Virus record (IMG/VR): IMGVR_UViG_3300000727_000007
Location: 1 to 64,000 of that record
Direction: 5' to 3' (one strand)
Length of the DNA: 64,000 nucleotides
Origin: a virus
Taxonomy: Duplodnaviria; Caudoviricetes
In this document: positions 46,201 through 56,586 of the stretch, one piece after another
Layout: every line of letters starts with the position of its first letter
Numbering within the stretch: the stretch's first letter is position 1
The notes under the pieces: generated by a model
The model's input: the letters and a program-made list of their open reading frames with translations, nothing else
Databases searched by the model: none
What the model was told of the DNA's origin: nothing
Made by a program: the position numbers and the translations under genes

Positions 46201-47000
46201 GTATTTGTTCCATTTGTATTAGTTGTAGTAAGAGACACATTATAATAACCTTCCGCAGTATACGCATGGGTTGGATTTTGATTTGTTGATGTATTCCCAT
46301 CACCAAAATCCCATAGCCAAGAATCAACCGATTCAGAAGCTGTTCCTGTAAAATTTAATTCAACAGTTGGATATGAAGTATTGTTATTTACTGCGATTGA
46401 AGGTACTGGTCCTACTATTGGCTCATATGTTAAATTTACATTCTTTATTTCAGTTTCAGAAGGATTAGGACCTCCGGCACCACCTATAAATACAATACCG
46501 TTTTGAAGAACTCCATCAAATACATCATCGTATAATGTCTGGTCATTATATGTTATTTTTAATGTAGTAGTGGTAATAATAACAATTACATGACCGTCAA
46601 GAGTTCCTATTCCTGAAGCTATGGTTGTATCGTTTTCTTGGCCATCTATTTCTTTAGAATAATATAGAGTTCCAGCAACATACTTAAAGTTGTTATAAGT
46701 CCCGTTACCACCAGCTAATGTTACCCAAATTGCTTCCCATCCATCTGCTGCACATTTAACATCAAATTCAAGAGTGTATCCACTAGATAAGTCAAATCCA
46801 GATAATGTTGCTGTTCCAACACCCCATTGGTCACCTGCTGGCATTAATACAATTCTACTGTTTGTAGAGTCATATACAGCTTGGCTTCCTACATCGCCTC
46901 CATTACTCCACCAACCTGGATTGTAAAAATAACTATTACCAGTATTTAATGTCCAATGTTCATCAAGGCTTTCCCCTGAAAAATCAGCAGTATATGTCAT
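43233..47000 (-). CDS. tail-associated adhesin with PKD and lectin-like beta domains
   Basis: WLWDFGDG...QNPTHAY...G.Y.VSLT PKD motif; beta-rich. Confidence 0.75.
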   Translation of the reverse strand: MTYTADFSGESLDEHWTLNTGNSYFYNPGWWSNGGDVGSQAVYDSTNSRIVLMPAGDQWGVGTATLSGFDLSSGYTLEFDVKCAADGWEAIWVTLAGGNGTYNNFKYVAGTLYYSKEIDGQENDTTIASGIGTLDGHVIVIITTTTLKITYNDQTLYDDVFDGVLQNGIVFIGGAGGPNPSETEIKNVNLTYEPIVGPVPSIAVNNNTSYPTVELNFTGTASESVDSWLWDFGDGNTSTNQNPTHAYTAEGYYNVSLTTTNTNGTNTVTKKKLVRIYPTPAILFSENFSGDLSKWSDIPSGWSIADGCLSTSVAGEAKATIPDSNAFICSFKLNASSYGTRRIRFYNADESQYNSLWINVDGGPITVIQIIKTGENTTQWITNDYTLGTDITIGLIKDGAVWTVLYNENVVYTTSNWIDFTASKVAFQNEGDSPTKFDDLVIKTIGYVGDIHTPCIVDLPTPEMNCEAEPFDAHASIYKLEDAKRSSFGGNVLTIIGGYADAVGEDIDKIHPVTDGVWLHPDALYGDSFGLAINQYAARFGKVSFDVSWEGKTQIFVGNLGDTSTGQDCETCPFYTIYNATGVTFYYDTELKGYKMGLASATYADHDADHMYEDQAIIPYVSFPVPFYGNSHHIEIIRDTSGFDNVVPESPAYANITGLRIDGVVVYKAGESYDTLPGFPARNPKDPLDGCRYYMITAKQLGQDTGGTITNFVVEDYESTPYGSAVVDLPSAHMHFEATPTTQWNRMVCPITQENGENYNWPFIPNSATESLYAFPNDYSTNYMISDVAYGTWELPFNWLYNNPSTLTWNFIGGNTIGTTGYSVVVTQSDSKIKLIKNPGTVLIEKTWTGLTETDHLIKVERSLAGGFTLFLDDIVLGKIIDNTYTTSSKIWIHLDSGAESANYCTIPYITVAELGWFNYPFMDTAVAEATAMPLQVIAVKDMANYRSYDATDGTLNDFTIDDGSIEVENNMVKFVSSNVYSVLHIPDATLYKEWRLKFQFPTLQHHQQLLEFKINGIVTGSWYQQSLVVVIDDGGELYMQDVPDGNYWGYSDGWTPNTDINELKVVLEPGDITDVYKVYLNDVLITSISNVIKVTETEGMALRYYSTRYPANIDYMYVESIMVPSKMLKLPSAEFSALPATVDVGAPAPKVVRLFTAMLRAYANPLGKLTNRVYLESAENTLSANLITVKTDALVKLKTARATSKARKVKAGGTNSNGCNVTLDTASAVYSAILPVKYRPIKPRINPFINPYLY

Positions 47001-47008
47001 TTAATCAC

Positions 47009-47461
47009 CTAGTTTATTGTTGGTCCACTTATTGTTATTCTTAAAATACCATTTGCGTTAAATCTTAATTGGAAATCAGCCGCAGATGAGTTTTGGTTTG
47101 CTCCAAAATCATAATATGCAAGTAATGGGCTAGTTGTATTATCTCCTGTATAGTAATAAATAATAGCATATCGTGCTTCTATTGTTGATGTAGTCCAAAT
47201 AACATCGTCGCAATCAAATATAGCGATGTTATTTGTGTCATAAGTTATGTTTGGACTTGTTATAACTTTTCCACCTGCGGTATAACCTGTACCTGTACTG
47301 CTAACTTCATTTGTTATATCACTAAAGAATGTATGTGCATCTTGGTCAGGTGCATAATCTGCGGTACAAAGAGCTACTTTAACATTTCCGTCTGTAAATT
47401 TAATATTTCCTAAAAACGCTTGTACAACTGAATGTCCATAAAAATAAGCTGTAGATGTCAT
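47009..47461 (-). CDS. tail-associated structural protein (paralog A)
   Basis: KVALCT..Y.PDQD.H...NEV..GTGYTAGG. Confidence 0.7.
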   Translation of the reverse strand: MTSTAYFYGHSVVQAFLGNIKFTDGNVKVALCTADYAPDQDAHTFFSDITNEVSSTGTGYTAGGKVITSPNITYDTNNIAIFDCDDVIWTTSTIEARYAIIYYYTGDNTTSPLLAYYDFGANQNSSAADFQLRFNANGILRITISGPTIN

Positions 47462-47472
47462 ATTTTACCTCC

Positions 47473-47913
47473 TTATGTTGCTATTGATTTAAGCATACCA
47501 TCTACGTTCCATTGGAGTTTAAATTCTCCTCCTGTTGAAACTTCGTCTTCTCCAAAATCATAATAAGCTAACACTGGGCTGGTTTCTGGACTTCCAGAAT
47601 CATAGTATACAATTGCAAAACGTGCAGTAATAACAGCGTTTGGCCAAGATACATCATCTCCATCAAACTTAACCATGTTTGTAGAAGCGTCATAACTTAA
47701 AGCACAATTAGATACAGCTTTACCACCGGCTGTATATCCAGTTCCACTTACTTCATTTGCTACTACTTGATTTAAGAACTCGTGAGTGTCCTGATTTGGT
47801 GTGTAAGTAGAGGTACAAAGTAATACTTTGATTTTGTTAATTTCTTCAAAATTGATTAATTTTTTAAAAGCATTTTTCAATGCGTTTCCATACCAATAAG
47901 CTCCTGATGCCAT
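47473..47913 (-). CDS. tail-associated structural protein (paralog B)
   Basis: Tandem paralog of 47009..47461. Confidence 0.7.
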   Translation of the reverse strand: MASGAYWYGNALKNAFKKLINFEEINKIKVLLCTSTYTPNQDTHEFLNQVVANEVSGTGYTAGGKAVSNCALSYDASTNMVKFDGDDVSWPNAVITARFAIVYYDSGSPETSPVLAYYDFGEDEVSTGGEFKLQWNVDGMLKSIAT

Positions 47914-47926
47914 CGATAATTCCTCC

Positions 47927-48841
47927 CTAATATTTCTCCCTAATTGTTATTTTTAAATTAAAAGCGTTTGTTGCATTTCCTTCAAGTAAAGCGCCTATAG
48001 CTAATCCATTTGCTAAAAATGCTCCTTCTACTTGGAAAGTTTTTGCACTTACCGCATTTACTCCGCCTGGGCTAGACGCGTCTGGGCTTTTAGGTACAGT
48101 GAAGGCTTCTCCATGTCTGCACCAATAATTTGTTGAATCTGTAAAAGATTCAGTTAAATATAATTGCACGTTTACATCTGATTCTGTAGATAAATTCGCT
48201 ATACTAATTAAATAAATATCTTTTAATTCAGTTGGCGGGGTAATTGTAAGTGTTTCTACTGTTCCAGCATTTGAAGAAGCTGAAAATACAATTGCTTGTT
48301 GTGTTACTATTGTATTAGATACAGTATGTTTTTCCAAGAGTTTTGCAACACTTTCTTCAGTTGCACAGTCTTTCCATTGTGAATCTTTATAAACCCTTGG
48401 TGTAACTCCTAAAACTCCGTTAGGGAATGTTAGTTGTCCAGTCTGTGTCTGAATTGATTCAAGAGCTGTTTTGTTTTCTCCTAGTAATGTTTGGATAGAT
48501 TCCATTACTGTATTAAATGTATCTGTTGTTAAAAGCTCATTTGATCTAATAGTTAGAGCTGGATGGCTAGCACCATCTAAAAGAATTTCTGCTCTTTGCT
48601 CAGAGGTGCTGTCTTTCAGCTCAACGGCACCTATCTCAAGGTCACCCGCATCAATAACTGCTTTAACACTTAAAGCACTTGTCGTCTCATCAAAATCTAA
48701 CTTATTCAATTGAGCTAGTATTTGGCTTATTGCCCCTGACTCTACAGCAGGGGTTATAGGATTACCATTTATGTCTGTTAATTTTAATCCATTAGTAAAC
48801 GCTTCTAACAAAGCGTTAAGTATATCGGAACATTCTCCCAT
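47927..48841 (-). CDS. structural/hypothetical protein
   Basis: In the tail operon. Confidence 0.6.
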   Translation of the reverse strand: MGECSDILNALLEAFTNGLKLTDINGNPITPAVESGAISQILAQLNKLDFDETTSALSVKAVIDAGDLEIGAVELKDSTSEQRAEILLDGASHPALTIRSNELLTTDTFNTVMESIQTLLGENKTALESIQTQTGQLTFPNGVLGVTPRVYKDSQWKDCATEESVAKLLEKHTVSNTIVTQQAIVFSASSNAGTVETLTITPPTELKDIYLISIANLSTESDVNVQLYLTESFTDSTNYWCRHGEAFTVPKSPDASSPGGVNAVSAKTFQVEGAFLANGLAIGALLEGNATNAFNLKITIREKY

Positions 48842-49030
48842 CTATTTTCCCCCTACTTGTTGTTTTAATCTTTTAATTTCTTTCATCATTACAGCCATCT
48901 GTTCTTCCATTTCTTGCTGTTTTTGTAATTGCAAAGTTTTTGCTTTACGTTCCTTCATCTGTTCGTATTTTTCATGGGTTTGAACTTCTATTTTTACAAA
49001 CCCATTACCTTTTGGTCTTATTTCTGGCAT
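48842..49030 (-). CDS. small coiled-coil protein
   Basis: AGGTGA RBS. Confidence 0.6.
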   Translation of the reverse strand: MPEIRPKGNGFVKIEVQTHEKYEQMKERKAKTLQLQKQQEMEEQMAVMMKEIKRLKQQVGGK

Positions 49031-49038
49031 ATTATCAC

Positions 49039-52000
49039 CTAATCTATTATAGGAATTAATCTGATTTCTCTAACAGAAGGAGAACTATCTTTTATATTTT
49101 CTCTTGTCATACAAATTCTTGCACGGATATATTTTCCATAAAATGGATAAGATTCTGTTCCGATACCTTCTATTCTTCCAATTTTTACAGTTTGAACTCC
49201 TGTGTTACCTTTTGTAGTTTTTATTAAGAAATAAGGTACACTGGTTAGTAAGATAGGGTTTCTAAGTTTGAAAATAACTTGAACATATCCTTCAGTTCCT
49301 TTTAAAGCAGGGAAATTATAAGCATCTATTTTTCCGCTTTCATCTGATGTTGTTGAAAGTATCAGTTGTAACTCTCCTTGACTTAGGATACCATTTGTCT
49401 TTATTAAACAACTTAGGTAGTTATAATTGGATAAATCAAGATTCTCTTGTTTGTACATAAGAACTCCAGTATCTGTGTTACTCATAACTAACTGGTTTAC
49501 TTGTATTGAACTAGCATTTAATGCAGAATCTGAAACTGTATCAACTAAAGAAGACACAACAACCTGAGTATCCTGACTTGAAGTACCAGTACTTGACATT
49601 GAATCTAATAATACTGTTTTACCCATTACATCTTCATCAACATCTAAATAGAAGTTATATTCATCATCTTCGTATGCTGCTTCATAGTTACTGTAATCTA
49701 CAGACCCATGATACATATCAGACAATCTTAAATCACTTATAATCTTTTTAAATACTGGTCTTCCATTTGAATCTACAGTACTTGCGTTTTCTAAGTTTAC
49801 CCTAAGTGTTTTACCCATGTCTATTTCATCTTGTTCGGTTATTGGACTGTTAGCATATACAGTTAGCCATTCCCAATGACTGAAATCATTTGTATCGCTT
49901 CTTAATGCGCTTTGAATTACTTGGTTTCCATCAAATGATGTGGTAACTAGACAACCAGAGTTATTATCTCCTGATGTAGCTAAGGTTGCTGAAATAGCGT
50001 ACCCCTTAGAGCTTGAATATTTTATTTGAGGACTACTATTATTAGAGCCTGGATTCATTGTTATTCTCCAAACAAATTTATCACCATTGTCTGGGAATTG
50101 GAAATTGCTTCCATACATTCTATAAAAGTTATTTCCACCATCGTTGGATACTTCTAATTTATAACTAGAACCTTTTGGTAAAGAAATATTAACATCCATA
50201 GTTACAGAATTAATTATAAATTCTGTTTCAGTGATATTTGATTGAATAACTCCTGAACTAATTTGTACACCATCTTTTTCTGTTAATAGAGTTAAAGTTG
50301 CAGGCGCACCATTCTGGCTTTCTTCTATAGAATACATACCAGAATTTCCATTGATTTTAATACTCTTATTTGGAGGATATAATCCACTAACTAATAAATC
50401 ATACGACCTATCTTTATATGGGTGTGCTCCCTCAGCTATTGTTGGAACCACTATATTTCTATCTTTTCTATAAGGTTTAAATATATATTCAGTAGTGTTA
50501 CCATTTTTACCAGATATTGGGTGGAATATAACTAATAACAAGTACCAGCCAGGGTCTAACCATGTTGTTCCACTAAATTCACATGTCATAACTTGTGAAG
50601 TGTTTTTATTAGGCATTGTATGTGGACTTAAAGCTCTCTTGTCAGAAATTTCCATTAAGTTTAAATTACTACCTGATTGTTCAAAAACAGCTATTTGGAC
50701 ATGAGAAGCGTTTTTATACCAGAAATGTCCTACTTGTGTTTGCATTAACAAACCGCCTTTTTTATTGTAGACAAAAGTTCCAATATAATGAGAACGTTTT
50801 CCTATAGTAATTTCATGATAAAAAGAACCAATTTCAGTAACTGGTCTATAATCACTCATATCTTGAGGGAAATGCTGTTGACTTTTGATTTTTGTTGATG
50901 TTGTTGTTTTCTTTAATTTTGCAACACCATTTGTAAGATCTGTATGGTCTAAGGTTGTTTTAGTTAAATCTATACCTGTATTATCTTTTAGTGTCCAAGT
51001 TTGTTTTTTACTTACTGTATCGGATATTGTATATCCACCTACTGTCTCATCATAGGTGTCGGCAATTCCAATAGACGCAGAAGTGTCTTTAAAAGTATCT
51101 CCAATTAAATTATACTTTATTCTTTTTGGAGCATTATATACCATCATCCAATTTGCTTCTTTTTCTAATCTTCTAATCCTTTCATCGTGGCTTCTTAATC
51201 TGTAAGCTCCTAAACTATCATCTTGTGTTACATTCATTAATAAAGCACTGTTTACATTTTTAGGAACATATACTTTTGCTAATCGTAAATAACTACTTGG
51301 GATCTCGCTCTCTGGAATTTCTGGAACATTAGCTACATCACCACTGATTGCTTCATAAAATCCTTCTGGGGTTAGACAAACAATATCTATCCTATTACCA
51401 TAATTTGAACCCGGGTCTAATGTAATATGGGTATCTAAAGGTTGTATTTTCTCTCCTAACATCATCGCAAGAGATTTGTTGATATTAAATGTAGTTGCAC
51501 TACCATATCCAACTTTAAACCATAAATCTGCTCCAATTTCATTATATACTGAATCGTTATCTGATTCAGCTAAGGAACTATTATATCCTCCAGTTGAATC
51601 ATATAAGACACTGATACCTGCAATATTTGTTCTTTCTATAGTTAGGAATAAAGGAATAGCTGGCAGGTGGTCTATATTAATTGGTAAAGAATATTCGTTT
51701 GTTCCTGGTGTTACAGGGATACTTACAGTTTTTAGAAAAGGTATAGTACTCAACTGTGTTATTCCATTTGATAGTTTTACAGTGACGTTACAACTTGTAT
51801 TTGTTTCATTTTTAAATTGTAATGTGATGTTTGTAATAGAAGATTTTTGAGTATCAATTTGTTGTATTAAATATAGTTGCTCTAAAGACTTCCATGAATC
51901 TCCATTTGTATTCTTTTGGTCTATTATAGCATCGTTTGCGTTTGCTACTGGAGATAAAAGAAAAGCGTTTTCCTCTGGACTCAATACAAACTTTTTACCA

Positions 52001-52122
52001 AATCCATCTATGATTAATTGGTCTAGGGATTGCCCTATATTATCCTGCATAGCATTCATATCTCTAGCACTTGCTGTCCAGCCAGGGATAAAACTTGAAA
52101 TCATTGTGTAATAATTAACCAT
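49039..52122 (-). CDS. large baseplate/tail-fibre protein
   Basis: RIDIV...G...P.IP...LAKVYVP and HDERIRRLEKE segments typical of myovirus baseplate-fibre proteins. Confidence 0.65.
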   Translation of the reverse strand: MVNYYTMISSFIPGWTASARDMNAMQDNIGQSLDQLIIDGFGKKFVLSPEENAFLLSPVANANDAIIDQKNTNGDSWKSLEQLYLIQQIDTQKSSITNITLQFKNETNTSCNVTVKLSNGITQLSTIPFLKTVSIPVTPGTNEYSLPINIDHLPAIPLFLTIERTNIAGISVLYDSTGGYNSSLAESDNDSVYNEIGADLWFKVGYGSATTFNINKSLAMMLGEKIQPLDTHITLDPGSNYGNRIDIVCLTPEGFYEAISGDVANVPEIPESEIPSSYLRLAKVYVPKNVNSALLMNVTQDDSLGAYRLRSHDERIRRLEKEANWMMVYNAPKRIKYNLIGDTFKDTSASIGIADTYDETVGGYTISDTVSKKQTWTLKDNTGIDLTKTTLDHTDLTNGVAKLKKTTTSTKIKSQQHFPQDMSDYRPVTEIGSFYHEITIGKRSHYIGTFVYNKKGGLLMQTQVGHFWYKNASHVQIAVFEQSGSNLNLMEISDKRALSPHTMPNKNTSQVMTCEFSGTTWLDPGWYLLLVIFHPISGKNGNTTEYIFKPYRKDRNIVVPTIAEGAHPYKDRSYDLLVSGLYPPNKSIKINGNSGMYSIEESQNGAPATLTLLTEKDGVQISSGVIQSNITETEFIINSVTMDVNISLPKGSSYKLEVSNDGGNNFYRMYGSNFQFPDNGDKFVWRITMNPGSNNSSPQIKYSSSKGYAISATLATSGDNNSGCLVTTSFDGNQVIQSALRSDTNDFSHWEWLTVYANSPITEQDEIDMGKTLRVNLENASTVDSNGRPVFKKIISDLRLSDMYHGSVDYSNYEAAYEDDEYNFYLDVDEDVMGKTVLLDSMSSTGTSSQDTQVVVSSLVDTVSDSALNASSIQVNQLVMSNTDTGVLMYKQENLDLSNYNYLSCLIKTNGILSQGELQLILSTTSDESGKIDAYNFPALKGTEGYVQVIFKLRNPILLTSVPYFLIKTTKGNTGVQTVKIGRIEGIGTESYPFYGKYIRARICMTRENIKDSSPSVREIRLIPIID

Positions 52123-52131
52123 TTAATCACC

Positions 52132-52545
52132 TTATTCTGATGTTAATGAGATTATAATATCTATTTTTAATTGTACACTACTGTTTTTAGTGAATGGAGC
52201 AATCTGACAGATTGCGAGAGGGATACCTTCCCCTAAAATATCTGTTGTAAATATAGCAACTTCTTTTATTACAGCACTATTTGTAATGTTTGTTTGACTA
52301 AATATTGCTTCTAATACAACCCTTTCGTTTTCTTCATCATAAGTCGCTGTGATTGGAACTCTACTATATGTTCCATGTGTACTTGGGTCACATTCTAATC
52401 CTAATCTTGTACTATCTACAGTTGGAACTGTATCTGAGATTCCGCATCCTGCATACCCAAATTGAATTGGGTTTGCGTCATTAGGAAAACTATTTTTAAG
52501 AATTTGCATTCTTCCTTCAGTAGTTATTACTTCTATAAGAGTCAT
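52132..52545 (-). CDS. tail-collar-fibre-like protein
   Basis: ITTEG...G....P....T.L..E...IKEVAIF...FTK. Confidence 0.55.
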   Translation of the reverse strand: MTLIEVITTEGRMQILKNSFPNDANPIQFGYAGCGISDTVPTVDSTRLGLECDPSTHGTYSRVPITATYDEENERVVLEAIFSQTNITNSAVIKEVAIFTTDILGEGIPLAICQIAPFTKNSSVQLKIDIIISLTSE

Positions 52546-52640
52546 CTTTTTCCTCCTTTTGTTCCTGTGTTTCAGGGACTATTTCATTTCCATTCGTATC
52601 TAACGCATGGACTATAGTTTTTAAATTAAAATTCAAATTT

Positions 52641-55600
52641 TTAATCATTATAAAAAGCCTCCCTAAATACTCTAAATCTACTAATTTTTGGGCTGTAATA
52701 AAGATTACTTGTACTTAAATATCCTCTTATTTTTATGTCAGAATATTCTAAGCCATGTAAATCATCTGGAGAACTTAAATTGCTTTTAATCACATATGGA
52801 GTATATATTTTATGCATCAAAGCAAAATTATTTTCTTTTTTCCAAAATACATACCCATTTACCATTACAATTGTTTTTTCTGGATTCTGAGCGGTGCTAA
52901 TTTTATAATAATTTGAATTATCTAATTTTCCTGTACGTTCAACTAAAATTCCATAAGAATGATTTGTGTTTAACCCACGTACATCTAAATTAATTTCTTT
53001 AGCCCCTGTGCTCCAATCATATACAATAAAACTATCTAATATTTCGTTTGGACTTAAATCAGGATTTAATGTGCATAATGAAATACGTACATCGTCTGTA
53101 GGGTTTCCTACGACTCCTGAACTATATAAAGTAACTCCACTGATAGATGAAATGCCTGGTTTTGTAATTTGGAATATACTTTTGCTATCAGCTACCCCAA
53201 ATGATGTATAAGAATTTGAAGTTGTTTGTTGAAAGACAATTCTTTCTTTTATAATTTCATAATTGAGTTTACAAGATTTGGGAACATTTTCAGCTAAACT
53301 ATGTTGGAATTTTGTCCATCTACTGTTTGAACCATCTTTTATAGCTTTAATTCGGTTAGTTTGTATTGAAGCTGTTTTTTGTCTGAAAAAGACATTCACT
53401 TTACACCATGCAACCGCAACTTCTTTATCTCTTCTTACGTGCCATTCTGGATTAGTCATTCCATGTCCCATAAACATTAAGACCTTTAATTTACCTAAAG
53501 TATCTTTAGTCAGCTTTTTACCCCATGTATCATCCGGCCCACCAAAACTAACTATTCTAGCTTCATCAGAGGCATTAGCTTTTCTTTTGTAAATGTAAGA
53601 ACCATTTGCAGCGTACATGTTATCATAGTCAGAATTATAAGCTCCGCCTGTATTTATGTTTAAATTAATTACAGGACCAGAAGCAGGTCTTTCACCACAA
53701 TTACAAGTTCCTCCGGTTCCACAAGTAAATGTTGACCCACCATATTTTTGTAAATTTGACCTTTCAGTTTTAATATACAAATCAACTTGAAGTCCTGTGA
53801 TAATACAATCATCTGGGATATCGTTTGTTATATTAAAATTGTCCATAACTAAAAGCTCTGTTTCTGCATAAGAAGTAGCGTCTGATACAATTGTTTTTAC
53901 TGCTCCTGCACCGTTAATTGCCCCAAAATTTTTCCATTTTATTTCATCATCATGCCCGTGAATATAACAAGAGTTTATATGTCTTCCTCCGTCACGATTT
54001 GAAGAATAAGCACGATTAGCAATATTAGAAATAGATTTAACGCCTGTATCAATTTTTAATATATTTTTGCTTCCAATACTATCTGTTTTAATATTGTTAA
54101 AAGCAAAATTGCTAAAGTGATCTTTTGTATAAGCATCTAATGCAGTTACATAACTAGAAACAGATATATTTTGTTTTAAATTAAGTTTCATTTCTGGCAG
54201 GCTCATATCAGCTTCCATATAAGAAACAGAAGCCCCCATTTGTAATTTACAAATTCCTTCCTCACCCGCTGAAGCTTTCATTTTAAGATCAAATTCTTTC
54301 TCGTAAACCCCTGTTGGGTCATCTGCATTCACTGAAAGATTTCCTAAATATAAATCTCCTGATTTAATAGCGTAAGAAGAAATCCCTTCTGTACCTAATT
54401 TTTTACATTTTTTTAATATGGTATTGATTTCATCGTTTGTTAAAACACAAAAATTAGCTGGTAAAGGCCATGGGATATCTGCTCTGAAAACTCCTGGTAC
54501 ATATAAATCTCCTGACCAGTACTTAGAATCCCAATCTTCTCTATCTAAAAATACAATATATTCCCACATGTTTTTTATTTGTGGAATTCTTCCTAGATAT
54601 CCGTATAATTCTGATTTTATTAAACCAAACCTTTTGTATGTACCTTCTGTTAATAGGTACTGTACTTCGTAACATAATCCATTTTCTGGGTTATTTAAAT
54701 ATGTTGCAGTTACAAGTTTTGATTCTCTGTTTATTTTTCGGATAAATTTTCGTATTTCATCAAAGTAATATACTTCACTTATATATTCTTTCTCCAATGT
54801 TGTTTCTTCTAAAGCTAAAATATCTTGAGTTCCATCTGTATATGTTGAAATTGTAATGTTATGAAGTCCTGGTTTATCTGAATCTAATTTAATAATCCTA
54901 TTTCCGTTTGAATCTTTTATGTATACAGTATTTACAAAAACGTTATTATCTATAATAGCGTTACTTGGTTCTATTTCATCCTTTGGTATATCTTCTTCAT
55001 AATCAAGAGCATCTTCTAAAATAACTGAATTGTTTGTTCCGACTTCACTTTCGTTTGAAGCTTCTATTCTTGTTGTATATTCTTCTGATAAACGTTTTTC
55101 TAACCAATAGTCTTGTTCATATTCAAATGGGTAGCCCACAGGAAAAGTATAAGCATATTTATAATACGGAACTACTGTACAGTATTTTTGCCTAAACATA
55201 CTGAAATCTTTTGCATGTACATCAAGAGCTTTATTTGGTTTATATTTGACATCTGTTTCGGCGTAACTAACAGGAAATCCAACTTTTTTAACAGCGTCAA
55301 AGAAATGCCATTCTACTTCAACATAGAATTTTTGAGGTAATGAATGAAAATCAATATCTACTGCTGGTATATCCATACGATAGCACACATACTTCTTTTC
55401 TTTTATGAACTTCATCCCTTTTATTAAAGACCCATCATCCTTGTATAATCTGAACGCTTTTAGTGGATATAGTTTATCTGCAAGTGCCTTTGCGTGTAAT
55501 TGGTCAAGACTAACCTTATCAAATTCATAAGTTAGCATAACTGTATTAGGTATAGCTATTTCTTCCGCATAATCACTATCATCAGGGTCAATACATGGAA

Positions 55601-56576
55601 CGCACGTCTCTTTTTCTACAATGTTTTGGAATCCAATTGAAATACTTGAAGCTTCCGGTGATAAAACAGGGTAGTCCCCAAAAGTTCTTGGAATATAAGT
55701 CTTAAAGTATACATCAAACGATTGTTTTACCCACACTTCTTCATCTTTTTCATTAAATTGAAGAGCGTATAAATCACCTGCAGAAAAATTTTTAGTTGCA
55801 GAGCATTGCATTGTGAAGTAATTGTCATTATTATAAATTTCACTCATTCTAAACAAAATAACATATTGTTTATTTGCTTCTAGGGTATTGGATAATGGTA
55901 TCATTGTTTTGAAAGGTTCATATTGATACTGGTCTAATGCAGTATTTGAGATAGTAAATGTTTCAAGATAATTTTCATTGTCTCCATTTACCTCACGGAA
56001 CTCACAAAGTATATCGGAAGAAGGATATCCCATTGGAGAACCTACCATAATTTCAATTAAATTTGTATCATAATTTGGAGTAAAATATTGTTTTAGTTCT
56101 TTATTACCGCTTGTTTTCCCAAAAGATACAGAATTACTATTATCTTCTTGAGACAATTTTGGGTTTAAACTGATATCAATTCCATCTAATAATATTTTTT
56201 CTGGTGTTATTTCTAATTTACTACCTGCAGGTAAGTTTGTATCTATTATTAATCTTTTATCACCTGATGTTATTGTAATGGGACCTGTTATAGCATTTGG
56301 CGGAGTACAAAAGGTTGTATCCTCAAATGTAAAGCTAGGCATTATAGGGTAACATTTATCAATTTCAATGTTAAAAGTTGTTCCATTATTTAATAAATCA
56401 TTAGTCCCTACTATTTTTTCTGTTTTATGACTAGCCCATATTTTTACAGGTTGTTCAACATATCTTCTAAGTAGATTATTAAAACTAATAAGTTTTCTTT
56501 TGTCTTCTTCTATATGAAAAACATTTAATATTCCATCTTCCCTGTTCCAATCAGGCATTCGTTGTTTAAGTCCCAT
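52641..56576 (-). CDS. large baseplate wedge protein
   Basis: Directly downstream of baseplate J. Confidence 0.55.
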   Translation of the reverse strand: MGLKQRMPDWNREDGILNVFHIEEDKRKLISFNNLLRRYVEQPVKIWASHKTEKIVGTNDLLNNGTTFNIEIDKCYPIMPSFTFEDTTFCTPPNAITGPITITSGDKRLIIDTNLPAGSKLEITPEKILLDGIDISLNPKLSQEDNSNSVSFGKTSGNKELKQYFTPNYDTNLIEIMVGSPMGYPSSDILCEFREVNGDNENYLETFTISNTALDQYQYEPFKTMIPLSNTLEANKQYVILFRMSEIYNNDNYFTMQCSATKNFSAGDLYALQFNEKDEEVWVKQSFDVYFKTYIPRTFGDYPVLSPEASSISIGFQNIVEKETCVPCIDPDDSDYAEEIAIPNTVMLTYEFDKVSLDQLHAKALADKLYPLKAFRLYKDDGSLIKGMKFIKEKKYVCYRMDIPAVDIDFHSLPQKFYVEVEWHFFDAVKKVGFPVSYAETDVKYKPNKALDVHAKDFSMFRQKYCTVVPYYKYAYTFPVGYPFEYEQDYWLEKRLSEEYTTRIEASNESEVGTNNSVILEDALDYEEDIPKDEIEPSNAIIDNNVFVNTVYIKDSNGNRIIKLDSDKPGLHNITISTYTDGTQDILALEETTLEKEYISEVYYFDEIRKFIRKINRESKLVTATYLNNPENGLCYEVQYLLTEGTYKRFGLIKSELYGYLGRIPQIKNMWEYIVFLDREDWDSKYWSGDLYVPGVFRADIPWPLPANFCVLTNDEINTILKKCKKLGTEGISSYAIKSGDLYLGNLSVNADDPTGVYEKEFDLKMKASAGEEGICKLQMGASVSYMEADMSLPEMKLNLKQNISVSSYVTALDAYTKDHFSNFAFNNIKTDSIGSKNILKIDTGVKSISNIANRAYSSNRDGGRHINSCYIHGHDDEIKWKNFGAINGAGAVKTIVSDATSYAETELLVMDNFNITNDIPDDCIITGLQVDLYIKTERSNLQKYGGSTFTCGTGGTCNCGERPASGPVINLNINTGGAYNSDYDNMYAANGSYIYKRKANASDEARIVSFGGPDDTWGKKLTKDTLGKLKVLMFMGHGMTNPEWHVRRDKEVAVAWCKVNVFFRQKTASIQTNRIKAIKDGSNSRWTKFQHSLAENVPKSCKLNYEIIKERIVFQQTTSNSYTSFGVADSKSIFQITKPGISSISGVTLYSSGVVGNPTDDVRISLCTLNPDLSPNEILDSFIVYDWSTGAKEINLDVRGLNTNHSYGILVERTGKLDNSNYYKISTAQNPEKTIVMVNGYVFWKKENNFALMHKIYTPYVIKSNLSSPDDLHGLEYSDIKIRGYLSTSNLYYSPKISRFRVFREAFYND

Positions 56577-56586
56577 CTATATACAC

